Shown here: positions 21,692 to 31,559 of the stretch, in pieces
Numbering within the stretch: the stretch's first letter is position 1
How the letters are laid out: each line of letters begins with the position of its first letter
Origin: an uncultured Candidatus Saccharibacteria bacterium
GTDB lineage: Bacteria > Patescibacteriota > Minisyncoccia > SW-4-49-11
Reading direction: 5' to 3'
DNA length: 64,000 nt
Assembly (NCBI GenBank): GCA_964633865.1
Contig: CAZWIJ010000007.1
Location: forward strand, 20,711 to 84,710
Notes under the pieces: model-generated
Told to the model about the DNA's origin: nothing
What the model saw: only the letters and a program-made list of their open reading frames with translations
Databases searched by the model: none
Made by a program: the position numbers and the translations under genes

Positions 21692-24259
21692 ATGCAAAAT
21701 AAGAAGAAAATTGTAATATTTGATAGTAATGCTGTTATTCATAGAGCTTATCATGCTCTTCCTCCCTTTCACACAAATGAAGGTACTTTAGTGAATGCTG
21801 TTTATGGATACTCTAATTTATTAATGAAAGTAATCAAAGATTTAAAGCCAGATGCGATATTGGCAAGTTTTGATGTTTCTGAAAAAACTTTTAGACATGA
21901 ACAATATCAAGAATACAAAGCTGGCAGACAAAAAACAGATCAAGCTTTATATGATCAAATTCCACTTGTGAAAGAAATTTTAACATATCTTGATATTCCA
22001 ATCTTAGAACAATCAGGATTTGAAGCAGATGATATTATTGGAACAATTGCTGAAATGGTAACCAAATCAGAAGAATTTGAGCTGGTTATTGTTACAGGAG
22101 ATATGGACACAATGCAATTGGTTAATTCCAAAGTGAAAGTTTATGCTTTGAGAAAAAGTATAACAGACACAATTTTGTATGATGAAGCACAAGTAATGAC
22201 AAAATACCAATTTACACCAAAGCAAGTGATAGACTATAAAGGTTTGAAAGGTGATTCTTCAGATAATATCCCTGGTGTACCAGGAATTGGTGATAAAAGA
22301 GCAGTTGTTTTACTTAATCAATTTCAGAATATAGATAATTTATATGAATTTTTAGATAAATATAATAATTATTTAGAAATCCCAGTAGAATATAAATCAT
22401 ATTTTTCCAATAAAGTTGTAGAAAATTTAAAAAATTATAAAGATCAAGCTTTTTTTAGCCGAGAATTAGCTACAATTGTTAGAAATGTACCAATAGAATT
22501 AGATTTGGATGCATTAAATAACTATCTTTTCCCAACAGAAAAAGCAAGACAAATTTTTTCTAAATTTGAATTCCATAGTTTAGTAAAAAGATTATCAGAA
22601 GTACAAGAGATAAGTCAATCTAATTTTTTTGACAATACAATATCAGGTCAAAATTCATTATCTAATATAAGTAATTTTAATGACTTAGATCAAAATAATC
22701 TAGCTTTATTTCAAATTGAATCAGATTATTTTTTCTTAGATAAGTCAAATAGATATAAAACAAATTTATTAGAACTTAAATCAATATTACAAACAGAAAT
22801 TACAATTATTGGGTATGATCTAAAAGCAATTTTTAGACAAGTTTTTTGGGGTGAAAAAGTTATTATTAAAGCAAAATATCAAGATATATCTATAATGGCA
22901 TATCTTTTACATTCAGGTGAAAAATTTGATTTAGAGAGTCTATCTTACAAATATAAAATAGATTTTGATAGATTAAATCCAGAAAAAAGTTTATTAGATT
23001 TATATAATAAATTAAATTCAAAACTGATAGAAGAAGATTTGATGAAAGTTTATCTAGAAATAGAAATTTCCTTGACCGAGGCTTTAACTCAAATGGAAAT
23101 AAATGGAGTTTATTTTAATGAAAAAGATTTAGAAGAGATAAAAGTTTATGTAGATGAAAGATTAAAAGAATTAGAAAAAGAAATATATACAATATCTGAT
23201 ATAGAATTTAACCTAAATTCTCCTAAACAATTGGCTGATATTTTATTTAATAAATTAGGAATAAGCACTGATGGATTAAAGAAAACAAGTACGGGATTTA
23301 TCACAACTTCAGCTGAAACTTTAGAAAAATTACAACAGGAACATATTGTGATTGATAAAATTATAGAATACAGAGAGTTAGCTAAATTAAAATCAACTTA
23401 TATAGATACTCTTCCTAATGTGAGGGATGAGAAAGGTCGCATTCACACAGAATATAGTCAAATTATTGCAGCTACAGGAAGATTATCTTCCATTAATCCC
23501 AATCTCCAAAATATCCCAGCAAGAACAGATCTTGGGAATTCTATTAAACAATGTTTTCAATCAGAGGAAGGAAAAACATTGTTAATTTATGATTACTCTC
23601 AGATTGAGCTTAGGCTAGCAGCTCACTTATCTAATGATCAAAATATGATAGAAATTTTTAATCAAGAAGTTGATTTTCACACGGCTACAGCATCAAAAAT
23701 TTATTCTATTCCACAAGCTATGGTTAATAAGGAAATGAGAAATTTTGCAAAAACTATTAATTTTGGGATTTTATACGGAATGGGAGCGAATGCATTGTCT
23801 AAAAATTTAAAAATAACCAAATCAGAAGCAAAAGAATTTATATTAAAATATAATTATACATATCCTGATTTACAAAAATATATAGCAGAACAAAAAGAAA
23901 TTGCTATTAAAACTGGTTATGCAATAACAGAGTATGGAAGAAAAAGAAACTTATCTAAATTTGACCTAAAAAACCCTATATTAAGAGCTCAGATGGAAAG
24001 AATAGCAGTTAATATGCCTATCCAAGGATTACAAGCTGATATCATTAAAATTGCAATGATAAGGATACATGATTTAATAAAAAATTCTAATGATATAAAA
24101 TTATTATTACAAGTACATGATGAGTTAGTTTTTGAAGTTTCAGAGGATAAAGTTTCAGAATGGCAAGATGAAATTCATAAAATTATGGAAAGTGTTTATC
24201 AGGCTAAAGTTCAACTTAAAGTTAATTATAAAATACAAAAAAAATGGGGAGTTGAATAA
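21692..24259 (+). CDS. polA: DNA polymerase I (5'-3' exonuclease plus polymerase; proofreading domain reduced)
   Basis: EADDIIG, GDSSDNIPGVPGIG, TGRLSS.NPNLQNIP, DYSQIELR, AKTINFGILYG and LQVHDEL. Confidence 0.97.
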   Translation: MQNKKKIVIFDSNAVIHRAYHALPPFHTNEGTLVNAVYGYSNLLMKVIKDLKPDAILASFDVSEKTFRHEQYQEYKAGRQKTDQALYDQIPLVKEILTYLDIPILEQSGFEADDIIGTIAEMVTKSEEFELVIVTGDMDTMQLVNSKVKVYALRKSITDTILYDEAQVMTKYQFTPKQVIDYKGLKGDSSDNIPGVPGIGDKRAVVLLNQFQNIDNLYEFLDKYNNYLEIPVEYKSYFSNKVVENLKNYKDQAFFSRELATIVRNVPIELDLDALNNYLFPTEKARQIFSKFEFHSLVKRLSEVQEISQSNFFDNTISGQNSLSNISNFNDLDQNNLALFQIESDYFFLDKSNRYKTNLLELKSILQTEITIIGYDLKAIFRQVFWGEKVIIKAKYQDISIMAYLLHSGEKFDLESLSYKYKIDFDRLNPEKSLLDLYNKLNSKLIEEDLMKVYLEIEISLTEALTQMEINGVYFNEKDLEEIKVYVDERLKELEKEIYTISDIEFNLNSPKQLADILFNKLGISTDGLKKTSTGFITTSAETLEKLQQEHIVIDKIIEYRELAKLKSTYIDTLPNVRDEKGRIHTEYSQIIAATGRLSSINPNLQNIPARTDLGNSIKQCFQSEEGKTLLIYDYSQIELRLAAHLSNDQNMIEIFNQEVDFHTATASKIYSIPQAMVNKEMRNFAKTINFGILYGMGANALSKNLKITKSEAKEFILKYNYTYPDLQKYIAEQKEIAIKTGYAITEYGRKRNLSKFDLKNPILRAQMERIAVNMPIQGLQADIIKIAMIRIHDLIKNSNDIKLLLQVHDELVFEVSEDKVSEWQDEIHKIMESVYQAKVQLKVNYKIQKKWGVE

Positions 24260-24343
24260 AAAGAATAAAAATTATTTATTTTTACATACTTATAGTGTAT
24301 AATATAAATATATAAATTTTAGATAAACATATAAACTAAACTT

Positions 24344-25531
24344 ATGATAGATGAATTTACAATATTAATAATATTAGGAGCAATTTTTGTGACAATATTA
24401 GTTGTTATAATCATACGAGTAATATCTTTAATCCCTAATAAAATAAAAAAAGATAATGAAATAGATAATAATGAGAATAGTAGTTTTTTTGGGTCAAGTG
24501 ATAATGGAAAAATAGAAAAATTAAAAATTAATAAAATAGGGCTAAATACAGGTTATAGTACAAATAATAAATCTTATCAAGACTCAGATTTATATCATAA
24601 GTTTAATAAAATATCTACGGCTAATACCTCAGATTCTAATAAAACAGTTAAGTTTTTAGATATGACTTCCCTAAATCAACATTCTAAACAAATTGTTAAT
24701 TTAAATTCTATGATGAATCAATCAAGAAAAGAAGAATCTAAAGATATTTCAATAAAACCAGAAATATTAGAAAATCAAGATTTGGAATTAGATTTAGATA
24801 CTCCTATAATAGAATCATTGGAATCAGAGTTAATAATAAAGGAAAATTATGTTCCAGCTCCTATTTTATCCATGGATATCTTACATATAACATCAGGTAT
24901 ATGTCTATGGATAGATAGTCAAGATAAATTTAATTTATATCAAGACTTAGATAAGGAAATTGATATTACTAGTTCTAATCAAAAAATAGCTTATATTACA
25001 GATAAATCAATCTATAATAATAATCTTACACAAGCTCTTCCTAATAAAAGACCAATTTATATTGAAAATCAAGAAGGAGTTGTATCAGGAATAAAATTTT
25101 TAGGGGACAATTATTTGGAAGGAACATTTCCTTTAGAAAAATCTGATGAATATACAATAGTATTTGTGGGGGTAAATTCTTTGAAATCTAGTATTTGGCC
25201 TGGAATTTTTACAACTAAACCATCAGGTTCATCAGAAGCTAATATTAAACAAGGTTTTGCAATATTTGGAGAAAAAGATTCTTATAAAGTTAATTTTGAA
25301 TCAGGAGATACTGTTTTGAATACTTTTGATGATAATAATCCTAATATAGGCATTTTGATAGGTAATAGTAATTATAATGAAGGAAATAATATATATAAAG
25401 TTGGAAATTGGATCGGTTTAGATCAAGCTTTTGAAGGAATAGTGTGTGAAATTATAGTTTATAATAGGAAATTAGATAAAAAAGAAATACTTTCAGTCCA
25501 AACTTATTTAGAAAATAAGTGGAAAAATTAG
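24344..25531 (+). CDS. Membrane-anchored protein with a C-terminal LamG/concanavalin-like domain
   Basis: N-terminal TM segment, low-complexity linker, LWIDS and FEG.VCEIIVYNRKL...E...VQTYLENKW. Confidence 0.65.
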   Translation: MIDEFTILIILGAIFVTILVVIIIRVISLIPNKIKKDNEIDNNENSSFFGSSDNGKIEKLKINKIGLNTGYSTNNKSYQDSDLYHKFNKISTANTSDSNKTVKFLDMTSLNQHSKQIVNLNSMMNQSRKEESKDISIKPEILENQDLELDLDTPIIESLESELIIKENYVPAPILSMDILHITSGICLWIDSQDKFNLYQDLDKEIDITSSNQKIAYITDKSIYNNNLTQALPNKRPIYIENQEGVVSGIKFLGDNYLEGTFPLEKSDEYTIVFVGVNSLKSSIWPGIFTTKPSGSSEANIKQGFAIFGEKDSYKVNFESGDTVLNTFDDNNPNIGILIGNSNYNEGNNIYKVGNWIGLDQAFEGIVCEIIVYNRKLDKKEILSVQTYLENKWKN

Positions 25532-25567
25532 GAAGATAAAAAAGTAGATTAGAGATAATCTATTTTT

Positions 25568-25681
25568 TTATACACAATATTATGTTTTATCCACAAGTTA
25601 TTAACATATAGAAATGGCTATAATAAAAGAAATATTAAATAATCAACAAATATCTAGTACTTTATACACAGATTATCCACA
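25568..25681. promoter_or_regulatory. DnaA-box cluster
   Basis: TTATACACA 25568, TTATCCACA 25587, TTATACACA 25662 and TTATCCACA 25673. Confidence 0.75.
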
Positions 25682-25747
25682 GATACTATTTAATAAATTA
25701 AATAGTATCTGATATAATATAAAATATTAAATTAAGATCTTAATTTT

Positions 25748-27067
25748 ATGAAAAATTTAGAAAACATTGATTCTATACAAGAAAAAAACGAAAATATAGA
25801 AAAAGAAGAAATAGTTGTTTATAAAGGTAATTCAAACAAAATAAAATTACAACTTGGGAATAAAGAAATAATACTTCAAAAAATAGGAAATGAATATATT
25901 ATAAATGATACTACAATCGATAGAAATAAGGCAAGAAAAATACTTTCTATAGGAGAAGGTCAAGAACTTATTTTAGGTAGAATGACAGAGGGTTTATTTC
26001 AAGATGATACTGTTTCTAAAAAGCACTGTAAAATTAGTTTGAATCAAGGAGAATTAACAATAGTAGATCTAAATTCTAGAAATGGTACAAGTGTAGAGTT
26101 TGAAGATTCGGAGGATGTTAATAAAGAAACAGAAGAAATTGATATTATTGGATATAATGAAAAAGAAGATCCAACAAGGGACACATTAAAAGATTTTATC
26201 AAATATATGGAGGAGAATAAGGAAGATATATTGGATAAAATAAATTATAATTTACCATCATATGAAAAAAAGTATTCTGAATTAAATCTTGAAGCAGTAA
26301 AATTTAAATTATTAACAGATATTATTTACAATGACTTTTATTCACAAGGAGAAAGTAATTTTACAGAAAATAATCCAAAAGATCAAGAAAAATTTGAACA
26401 ATACGAAAAAAATTTAAAGTTTATAATAAACTTGATGACACAACAAGATGAATATCAGAAGAAGTTTAAGATTGTAGATAGTAGTGGATGGTATTATGCC
26501 CTTGTAAATTCAGATGAAAGATTAGGATCTGATAATGCAGGTGATTTGGGAAGGATTTATCTAAATGTAGCTCCAGAAGTTAGTGTGGGTGTCTTTAATC
26601 AATTAATTCAAAAAGGTGTTAATCAAGAGATATCATTCCAAACAAAAATATCCAAATCAGGAGATTCAAATTCATTTAACAGAGTAGATAAAATAGTTTT
26701 ATATTTTAAGCCAGAAGATTCAGCAAATATTAAGTCATTAGTTCAAGAAATTTATAATAAAAGGGAATCAGTTTTTATAAATCAGACCCCTAGATTTTCT
26801 CAATCTATAAATAATTATAATGGAAAAATTATGAATGGAGTTAGTTTTGGACAAGAACCAATAAATCGTACAAAGAATGAAATTAGTTTTGGTGAAATAA
26901 GATCAAGAATGCTAGCTACTATAGCAAAAGATGTTTTGGCTGGAAATAATGACAAAGATAATATAAAAGAAAAATTTAGAAAAATATGTTCAAAATTTGG
27001 AGTCGATTCAGAAAACCCTGCATTTAATAGTAACAATAACTCTTTTAATAATTTTAAAACAAACTAA
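25748..27067 (+). CDS. FHA-domain protein fused to a HopA1-family domain
   Basis: FHA: LGR...VSKKHC...DLNSRNGT. HopA1-like: GRIYLNV, RVDKIVLYF, TPRFS, GVSFGQEP and SFGEIR. Confidence 0.75.
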   Translation: MKNLENIDSIQEKNENIEKEEIVVYKGNSNKIKLQLGNKEIILQKIGNEYIINDTTIDRNKARKILSIGEGQELILGRMTEGLFQDDTVSKKHCKISLNQGELTIVDLNSRNGTSVEFEDSEDVNKETEEIDIIGYNEKEDPTRDTLKDFIKYMEENKEDILDKINYNLPSYEKKYSELNLEAVKFKLLTDIIYNDFYSQGESNFTENNPKDQEKFEQYEKNLKFIINLMTQQDEYQKKFKIVDSSGWYYALVNSDERLGSDNAGDLGRIYLNVAPEVSVGVFNQLIQKGVNQEISFQTKISKSGDSNSFNRVDKIVLYFKPEDSANIKSLVQEIYNKRESVFINQTPRFSQSINNYNGKIMNGVSFGQEPINRTKNEISFGEIRSRMLATIAKDVLAGNNDKDNIKEKFRKICSKFGVDSENPAFNSNNNSFNNFKTN

Positions 27068-27462
27068 TCAATCCCCTCTAATATATTAGGAAAAAATTTG
27101 ATCCAAGCTTTTTTATTAGATTTATCAATAATAATACAAATAGCATCAATATAGATATCCTCAGAAAGATATCTATGTTTTTGTAAATAAATTCTAATTC
27201 CGATAGAAAGCTTCTTTAATTTACTTTTTGTAATGTTATACACAGGGAAATTATCTTTATCAACAAGTTGTCCACAATTATACACAGACTTAACTTCAAT
27301 AAAATGGAGAAAACCATCTTTTTTGGCTATAATATCTAATTCAGCTAATTTACCTAAGTGTACATTTCTATCTAAAATTTCAAATTTTTTGGAAATCAAA
27401 TATTTAATTGCTAAATTCTCCCCTATATCACCTTTGGATTTGTTAGAATTTTTACTGTACAT
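27064..27462 (-). CDS. yraN: YraN / UPF0102 family endonuclease
   Basis: G..GENLA..YL, DRN, ELDIIA...LHFIEVK and D.I.I motifs. Confidence 0.9.
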   Translation of the reverse strand: MYSKNSNKSKGDIGENLAIKYLISKKFEILDRNVHLGKLAELDIIAKKDGFLHFIEVKSVYNCGQLVDKDNFPVYNITKSKLKKLSIGIRIYLQKHRYLSEDIYIDAICIIIDKSNKKAWIKFFPNILEGID

Positions 27463-28708
27463 AAGTTTTTTTGACTAGATAATACATCCAAAACATTAAA
27501 CAAGCTAATAAAATAAATAAACCAATAATTCCATTTTCGGTTAAAATAAGTAAAGACAAATTATGTACAGGTTGTAATTGCCAAAACTCTAAGTTTTGAC
27601 TTTGTAATCCTAGTATAAATTGTTTAGTACCAATTCCATTAAACAGATTAATATAGAAAACTTCAAAAGATTCTTTCAGATAAAAAACTCTTTGAAATGC
27701 ACTTTGAGAATTGTTTAGAGAAAACAATATAAAATTTATACTAGAAAAGAAAATACTAAAAATAATGAAAAAAATTAGATCAAAATACTTTTTAAAATGT
27801 TCTATGTGGAACATATCCTTAGAAAATACTTGTGTCAATATCTTTTTGATGATAAAAATAAATATTAGAAATCCAGAAAGTATATAAATTGATTTAGAAA
27901 AAGATAAGATAATCATTAATATACAAAAAGCTAAAAGAATGTTACTTTGATATTTTTTTAAATCTAATTTAAAATCAGATATTGATACTAAGATAGCTAA
28001 AAAAGTTAGTAAGAGACTTTGATTGAATGTCCATAAATAATGATCAACTTGACTAATTATAATCAGAGTTAAAAATATAAACCAAGATGCTAATTTTCGA
28101 TTTGAATTGTATATTAAAAAAATAATACCCATCAATCCTGTAAAAGCTAAAATGTTGGGGTGTGGAAAAGTTCCATAACCTCTAATCAAAAAATTATCTC
28201 CAAAGTTTAATTTAGCTATTCCAACCATATCTCTATTAAATACTGATTCTGTAATTATAGGTAAATTTAGATTTTTCTGTAAAATAAATTGTGTAATTAA
28301 AATAAAAAATTGACTAAATAATGCTATAAAGAATCCATTTAAAATATAAATTATTTTTTGTGTGTTAATAAGATAAGTTCCTAAATAAACAATTCCCAAT
28401 AATCTTAATATTTGATAAAAAGATAATAAAGGATAAGTATCATTAAAAACTTGTCCAAATAGAATTATAAATATTATAGATACAAATGGATTTAATAACT
28501 TTATTTTTTTTATTTTAAAGATATTGAAAAAAATAATTATCGCTATTACAATATCGCTAAAATTTAAATATTCCGTGAGAAAGTAATTTGGTCTTCCATT
28601 TATATAATATTCTAGAATAAGAATTCTTATATTATAAACAATTGTGCCTCCTAAAATCCAGTATAATAAATCATCTAAACTAAGTTTTTTATTAAAAATA
28701 TCTTTCAT
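27452..28708 (-). CDS. O-antigen ligase-like membrane protein
   Basis: RGYGTFPHPNILA and QPVHNLSLLILTENGIIG motifs. Confidence 0.8.
   Translation of the reverse strand: MKDIFNKKLSLDDLLYWILGGTIVYNIRILILEYYINGRPNYFLTEYLNFSDIVIAIIIFFNIFKIKKIKLLNPFVSIIFIILFGQVFNDTYPLLSFYQILRLLGIVYLGTYLINTQKIIYILNGFFIALFSQFFILITQFILQKNLNLPIITESVFNRDMVGIAKLNFGDNFLIRGYGTFPHPNILAFTGLMGIIFLIYNSNRKLASWFIFLTLIIISQVDHYLWTFNQSLLLTFLAILVSISDFKLDLKKYQSNILLAFCILMIILSFSKSIYILSGFLIFIFIIKKILTQVFSKDMFHIEHFKKYFDLIFFIIFSIFFSSINFILFSLNNSQSAFQRVFYLKESFEVFYINLFNGIGTKQFILGLQSQNLEFWQLQPVHNLSLLILTENGIIGLFILLACLMFWMYYLVKKTYVQ
27798..27813. other. parS-like site inside the CDS (translates as MFHIEH)
   Basis: TGTTCTATGTGGAACA is the exact reverse complement of 17529-17544. 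Confidence 0.7.
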
Positions 28709-28804
28709 TCTATTTGAGTGTATATATTGCCAAAACTGTGTTAATATGCTAATATCATAACATATTATGATTATAAAAAATAGTTATCAACTAAATAATC
28801 ATAG

Positions 28805-28824
28805 TTATTCACAAGTTATCCACA
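28805..28824. promoter_or_regulatory. Tandem DnaA boxes just upstream of the yvcK-like RBS
   Basis: TTATTCACA 28805 and TTATCCACA 28816, followed by AAGGAG. Confidence 0.7.
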
Positions 28825-28837
28825 AAGGAGTGTTTTT

Positions 28838-29830
28838 ATGGAAAAACAAAAAGTTGTTGTATTAGGTGGAGGAACAGGGTCAAACATGACATTGAAAGGT
28901 CTTAAATTATTGAGAGATTTAGATTTGACTGCTATAATTACTATGTCAGACGATGGAGGTTCAACAGGTAAATTAAGAGATGAATATGGAGTTCTGCCTT
29001 CAGGAGATGTTAGACAATGTTTAATAGCTTTGTCTGATTGCTCAGATACAGTTAGAGATCTCTTTAGTTATCGTTTTGATAATGGAGGACTTGCTGGGCA
29101 TAATGCTGGAAATATATTACTAACAGCATTAGAGAAAATTACAGGTTCTTTTGAAGAAGCTATAGCTACGGCTAGTCAATTATTGTCTGTTAGAGGGCAA
29201 GTTTTGCCTGTTACCACTAGTAATGTCAATGTCCGTATAATACTAAATGATGGAGAGGTTATTGATGGTGAAGATACTATCAATAATAGGCATGACATTT
29301 CTTATATTGGTGTACAAGATTTAGAATTATTCCCAAAAGCAGTTCTAAATGAAAAAGCTAAGCAAGCCATCGTAGATGCCGATATGATAATTATTGGTCC
29401 TGGTAATATTTACGGTAGTATTTTACCAAACTTGATGATTCCTGGTATGAAAGAAGTATTAGCCTCTACTAAGGCTAAAATTGTCTACAATGTAAATTTA
29501 ATGGCAAAAAAAGAACATTGCCGAAAATGGTCTGTAGAGCAATTTGTTCTTGAAATCCAGAAGTATATTGGGGATGTAATTGATATTGCACTCTACAATA
29601 CTACTAGACCATCTCAAGAGTTGCTTGATAAGTATCATCAAGAAGGAAGTTTCGTAGAAAGACAAACTACTGATGAATTTATAGGCAAAGCTCACTTAAT
29701 AGGAGTGGATCTATTAGCGGATGGAATTTTTATCAATCCTTATAAAAAAGATCCAATTCAAAGAACTTTAATTCGGCATGATTCTTTGAAAGTTTCTCAA
29801 GTTATTTATAAATTATTAAAAAGCTATTAG
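28838..29830 (+). CDS. yvcK: YvcK/GlmR (UPF0052, CofD-like) family protein
   Basis: VVVLGGGTG, DDGGSTG.LR, GDVRQCL, GHNAGN, IIIGPG and RHDS. Confidence 0.9.
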   Translation: MEKQKVVVLGGGTGSNMTLKGLKLLRDLDLTAIITMSDDGGSTGKLRDEYGVLPSGDVRQCLIALSDCSDTVRDLFSYRFDNGGLAGHNAGNILLTALEKITGSFEEAIATASQLLSVRGQVLPVTTSNVNVRIILNDGEVIDGEDTINNRHDISYIGVQDLELFPKAVLNEKAKQAIVDADMIIIGPGNIYGSILPNLMIPGMKEVLASTKAKIVYNVNLMAKKEHCRKWSVEQFVLEIQKYIGDVIDIALYNTTRPSQELLDKYHQEGSFVERQTTDEFIGKAHLIGVDLLADGIFINPYKKDPIQRTLIRHDSLKVSQVIYKLLKSY

Positions 29831-29877
29831 ATTAAAAAATTACCTCACAGTTAATGTCTGTGAGGGTTTTATTTAAT

Positions 29878-30225
29878 TTAAATATTGAAGTCATATTTTA
29901 TGTAATTGAGAAAAGAATTTTTTGTCTTTTTCTGTAAGATGTCTTGTAGCATTGTTTATCAGAAAAGTTCTATTTTCACTATGAAGTGCCTTGGCTTTTG
30001 CAAATAATAGCATTAAATGAGATATAGTTATATCTTTATGGCATAACAATCTTACATTATAATTTTTAGTAGGTATTACTAAAATTTTAGTATAATGATA
30101 TTTTAGAATAAAATTCTTAAAAAAATCATCATCTTTATATGTTTTGAATTTTTAGAGTTTAGTTCTACTAAAAAGGTACCATCTTTAAGAGTTCTAATGT
30201 TAACAAAATTACTGTTTTCTAACAT
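29878..30225 (-). pseudogene. Frameshifted orphan (~115 aa if restored)
   Basis: MLENSNFVNIRTLKDG... An extra A in the A5 run at 30149-30153 would join it to an open frame ending at TAA 29878. Own promoter at 30277-30282. Confidence 0.5.
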
Positions 30226-30350
30226 AAATTTACTTTGAAAGTACAATGTATTTAATATAACATATATTTTTAATATGTCAAAAGTATAAGTAAAATAAAA
30301 ATCCCTAAAACTTTAAGTTAAAGGGATATGGTAGATAGATATAATAATTA

Positions 30351-30587
30351 TTAATTATTGAATTGTTGTAACCAATCTAAAATTTTGTTACACACTTCTT
30401 TCTTATCAAATAAATCTCCAATAGATAATGCTATTGTATATCTATTAAGTAGCTGTGTATCATAAATTCCATCGACCGCTCTTTCCATATCTGTTTCTAA
30501 GTTTGGAATTTTTTTTAAATCTACACGAGAATGTATTTTAATCAAATTCTTATTGATTTCAGGTAACTCTATTTTAAAGTTGTTCAT
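30351..30587 (-). CDS. Small orphan protein
   Basis: GGAGGGG RBS, TTGACA/TATACT promoter and terminator at ~30301-30327. Confidence 0.7.
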   Translation of the reverse strand: MNNFKIELPEINKNLIKIHSRVDLKKIPNLETDMERAVDGIYDTQLLNRYTIALSIGDLFDKKEVCNKILDWLQQFNN

Positions 30588-30747
30588 AATTATTCCCCTC
30601 CAGGGCTATTTTTTTGTAATCTGATGCAATTACGATTCAAAGTATAACATAGATTATTTTTTTGTCAATGGTTTTTGTCATAAATTCAAATATACTTAAT
30701 CTATATTGATATATTCTAAAAAATAAGATATAATAATTTGTGTAACT

Positions 30748-30834
30748 GGAGAGATGGCTGAGCGGTTGAAAGCACCACACTGCTAACGTGGCATGGGGTA
30801 AAACTCATCGAGGGTTCAAATCCCTCTCTCTCCG
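30748..30834 (+). tRNA. tRNA-Ser (anticodon GCU), CCA not encoded
   Basis: GGAGAGA/TCTCTCC acceptor stem, CCAC-ACTGCTAAC-GTGG anticodon arm, long variable arm and GGTTCAAATCC T arm. Confidence 0.95.
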
Positions 30835-30991
30835 CAGATTAAAAAGCCAAGTTGATTGGCTTTTGGGGGTATTTGAAAGTCGGAGCGATGTGTGAGTTTG
30901 TACAAAGTACAAGGCGAACACCGCGAGACGGGGTTGCAGAAATTTACCGTCAGGTAAATTATCTGTGACCAAATCCCTCTCTCTCCGCAGA
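30817..30991 (+). repeat. 22-bp direct repeat of the tRNA-Ser 3' end enclosing a 131-bp structured element
   Basis: CAAATCCCTCTCTCTCCGCAGA at 30817-30838 and at 30970-30991. Confidence 0.9.
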
Positions 30992-31038
30992 AATTATAAA
31001 AACTTATAGAATGTAGATTTACAAGAAAAAATATAATT

Positions 31039-31476
31039 ATGCTCACAACAAAGATTCTTAATTCAAATGATATAAATCTTGTTTTCCAGCTTATAAATTT
31101 ATACAAAAAAGTATTTGAAATTAAAGAAGATATCCCAACTGAAGAATATTTAAGCTCTTTTATTAACAAACCAAATGTTATAATTGGAGTTGTTATTATG
31201 GATAATAAGGTTTTGGGAGGATATACAGCTTATATTTTACCATCGATATATAGAGATATTCCAGATATTTATCTTTATGATTTAGCAGTAGATTCAGATT
31301 ATCAAGGACAAGGTCTAGGGAAAAATTTGATCCAAAGTTTAAAAGAATATGCAAAATCAATATCTGCTAGAAGCATGTATTGTCATACTGATGTCGATTC
31401 TATTCAAGCTAATGAATTTTATCAAAGAAGAGGATTTTATCTTGTTAATGTACAGGAATATAGAATAGAAGTGTAA
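31039..31476 (+). CDS. GNAT N-acetyltransferase (AAC(3)-I-like)
   Basis: GGYTAYIL, IYLYDLAVDSDYQGQGLG and A.EFY...G. Confidence 0.85.
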   Translation: MLTTKILNSNDINLVFQLINLYKKVFEIKEDIPTEEYLSSFINKPNVIIGVVIMDNKVLGGYTAYILPSIYRDIPDIYLYDLAVDSDYQGQGLGKNLIQSLKEYAKSISARSMYCHTDVDSIQANEFYQRRGFYLVNVQEYRIEV

Positions 31477-31559
31477 GGTGAAAATTTTTAAAAATAATGG
31501 AAAAATAAATAGAAATGAGTTATAATAGCTATAACTTTTATTTTTTAGGGATATATACT

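Noticed and set aside
30816-31169. 117-aa minus-strand ORF with repeated CGERGI
   Set aside because: It is the antisense translation of the tRNA 3' repeat and of the GNAT gene.
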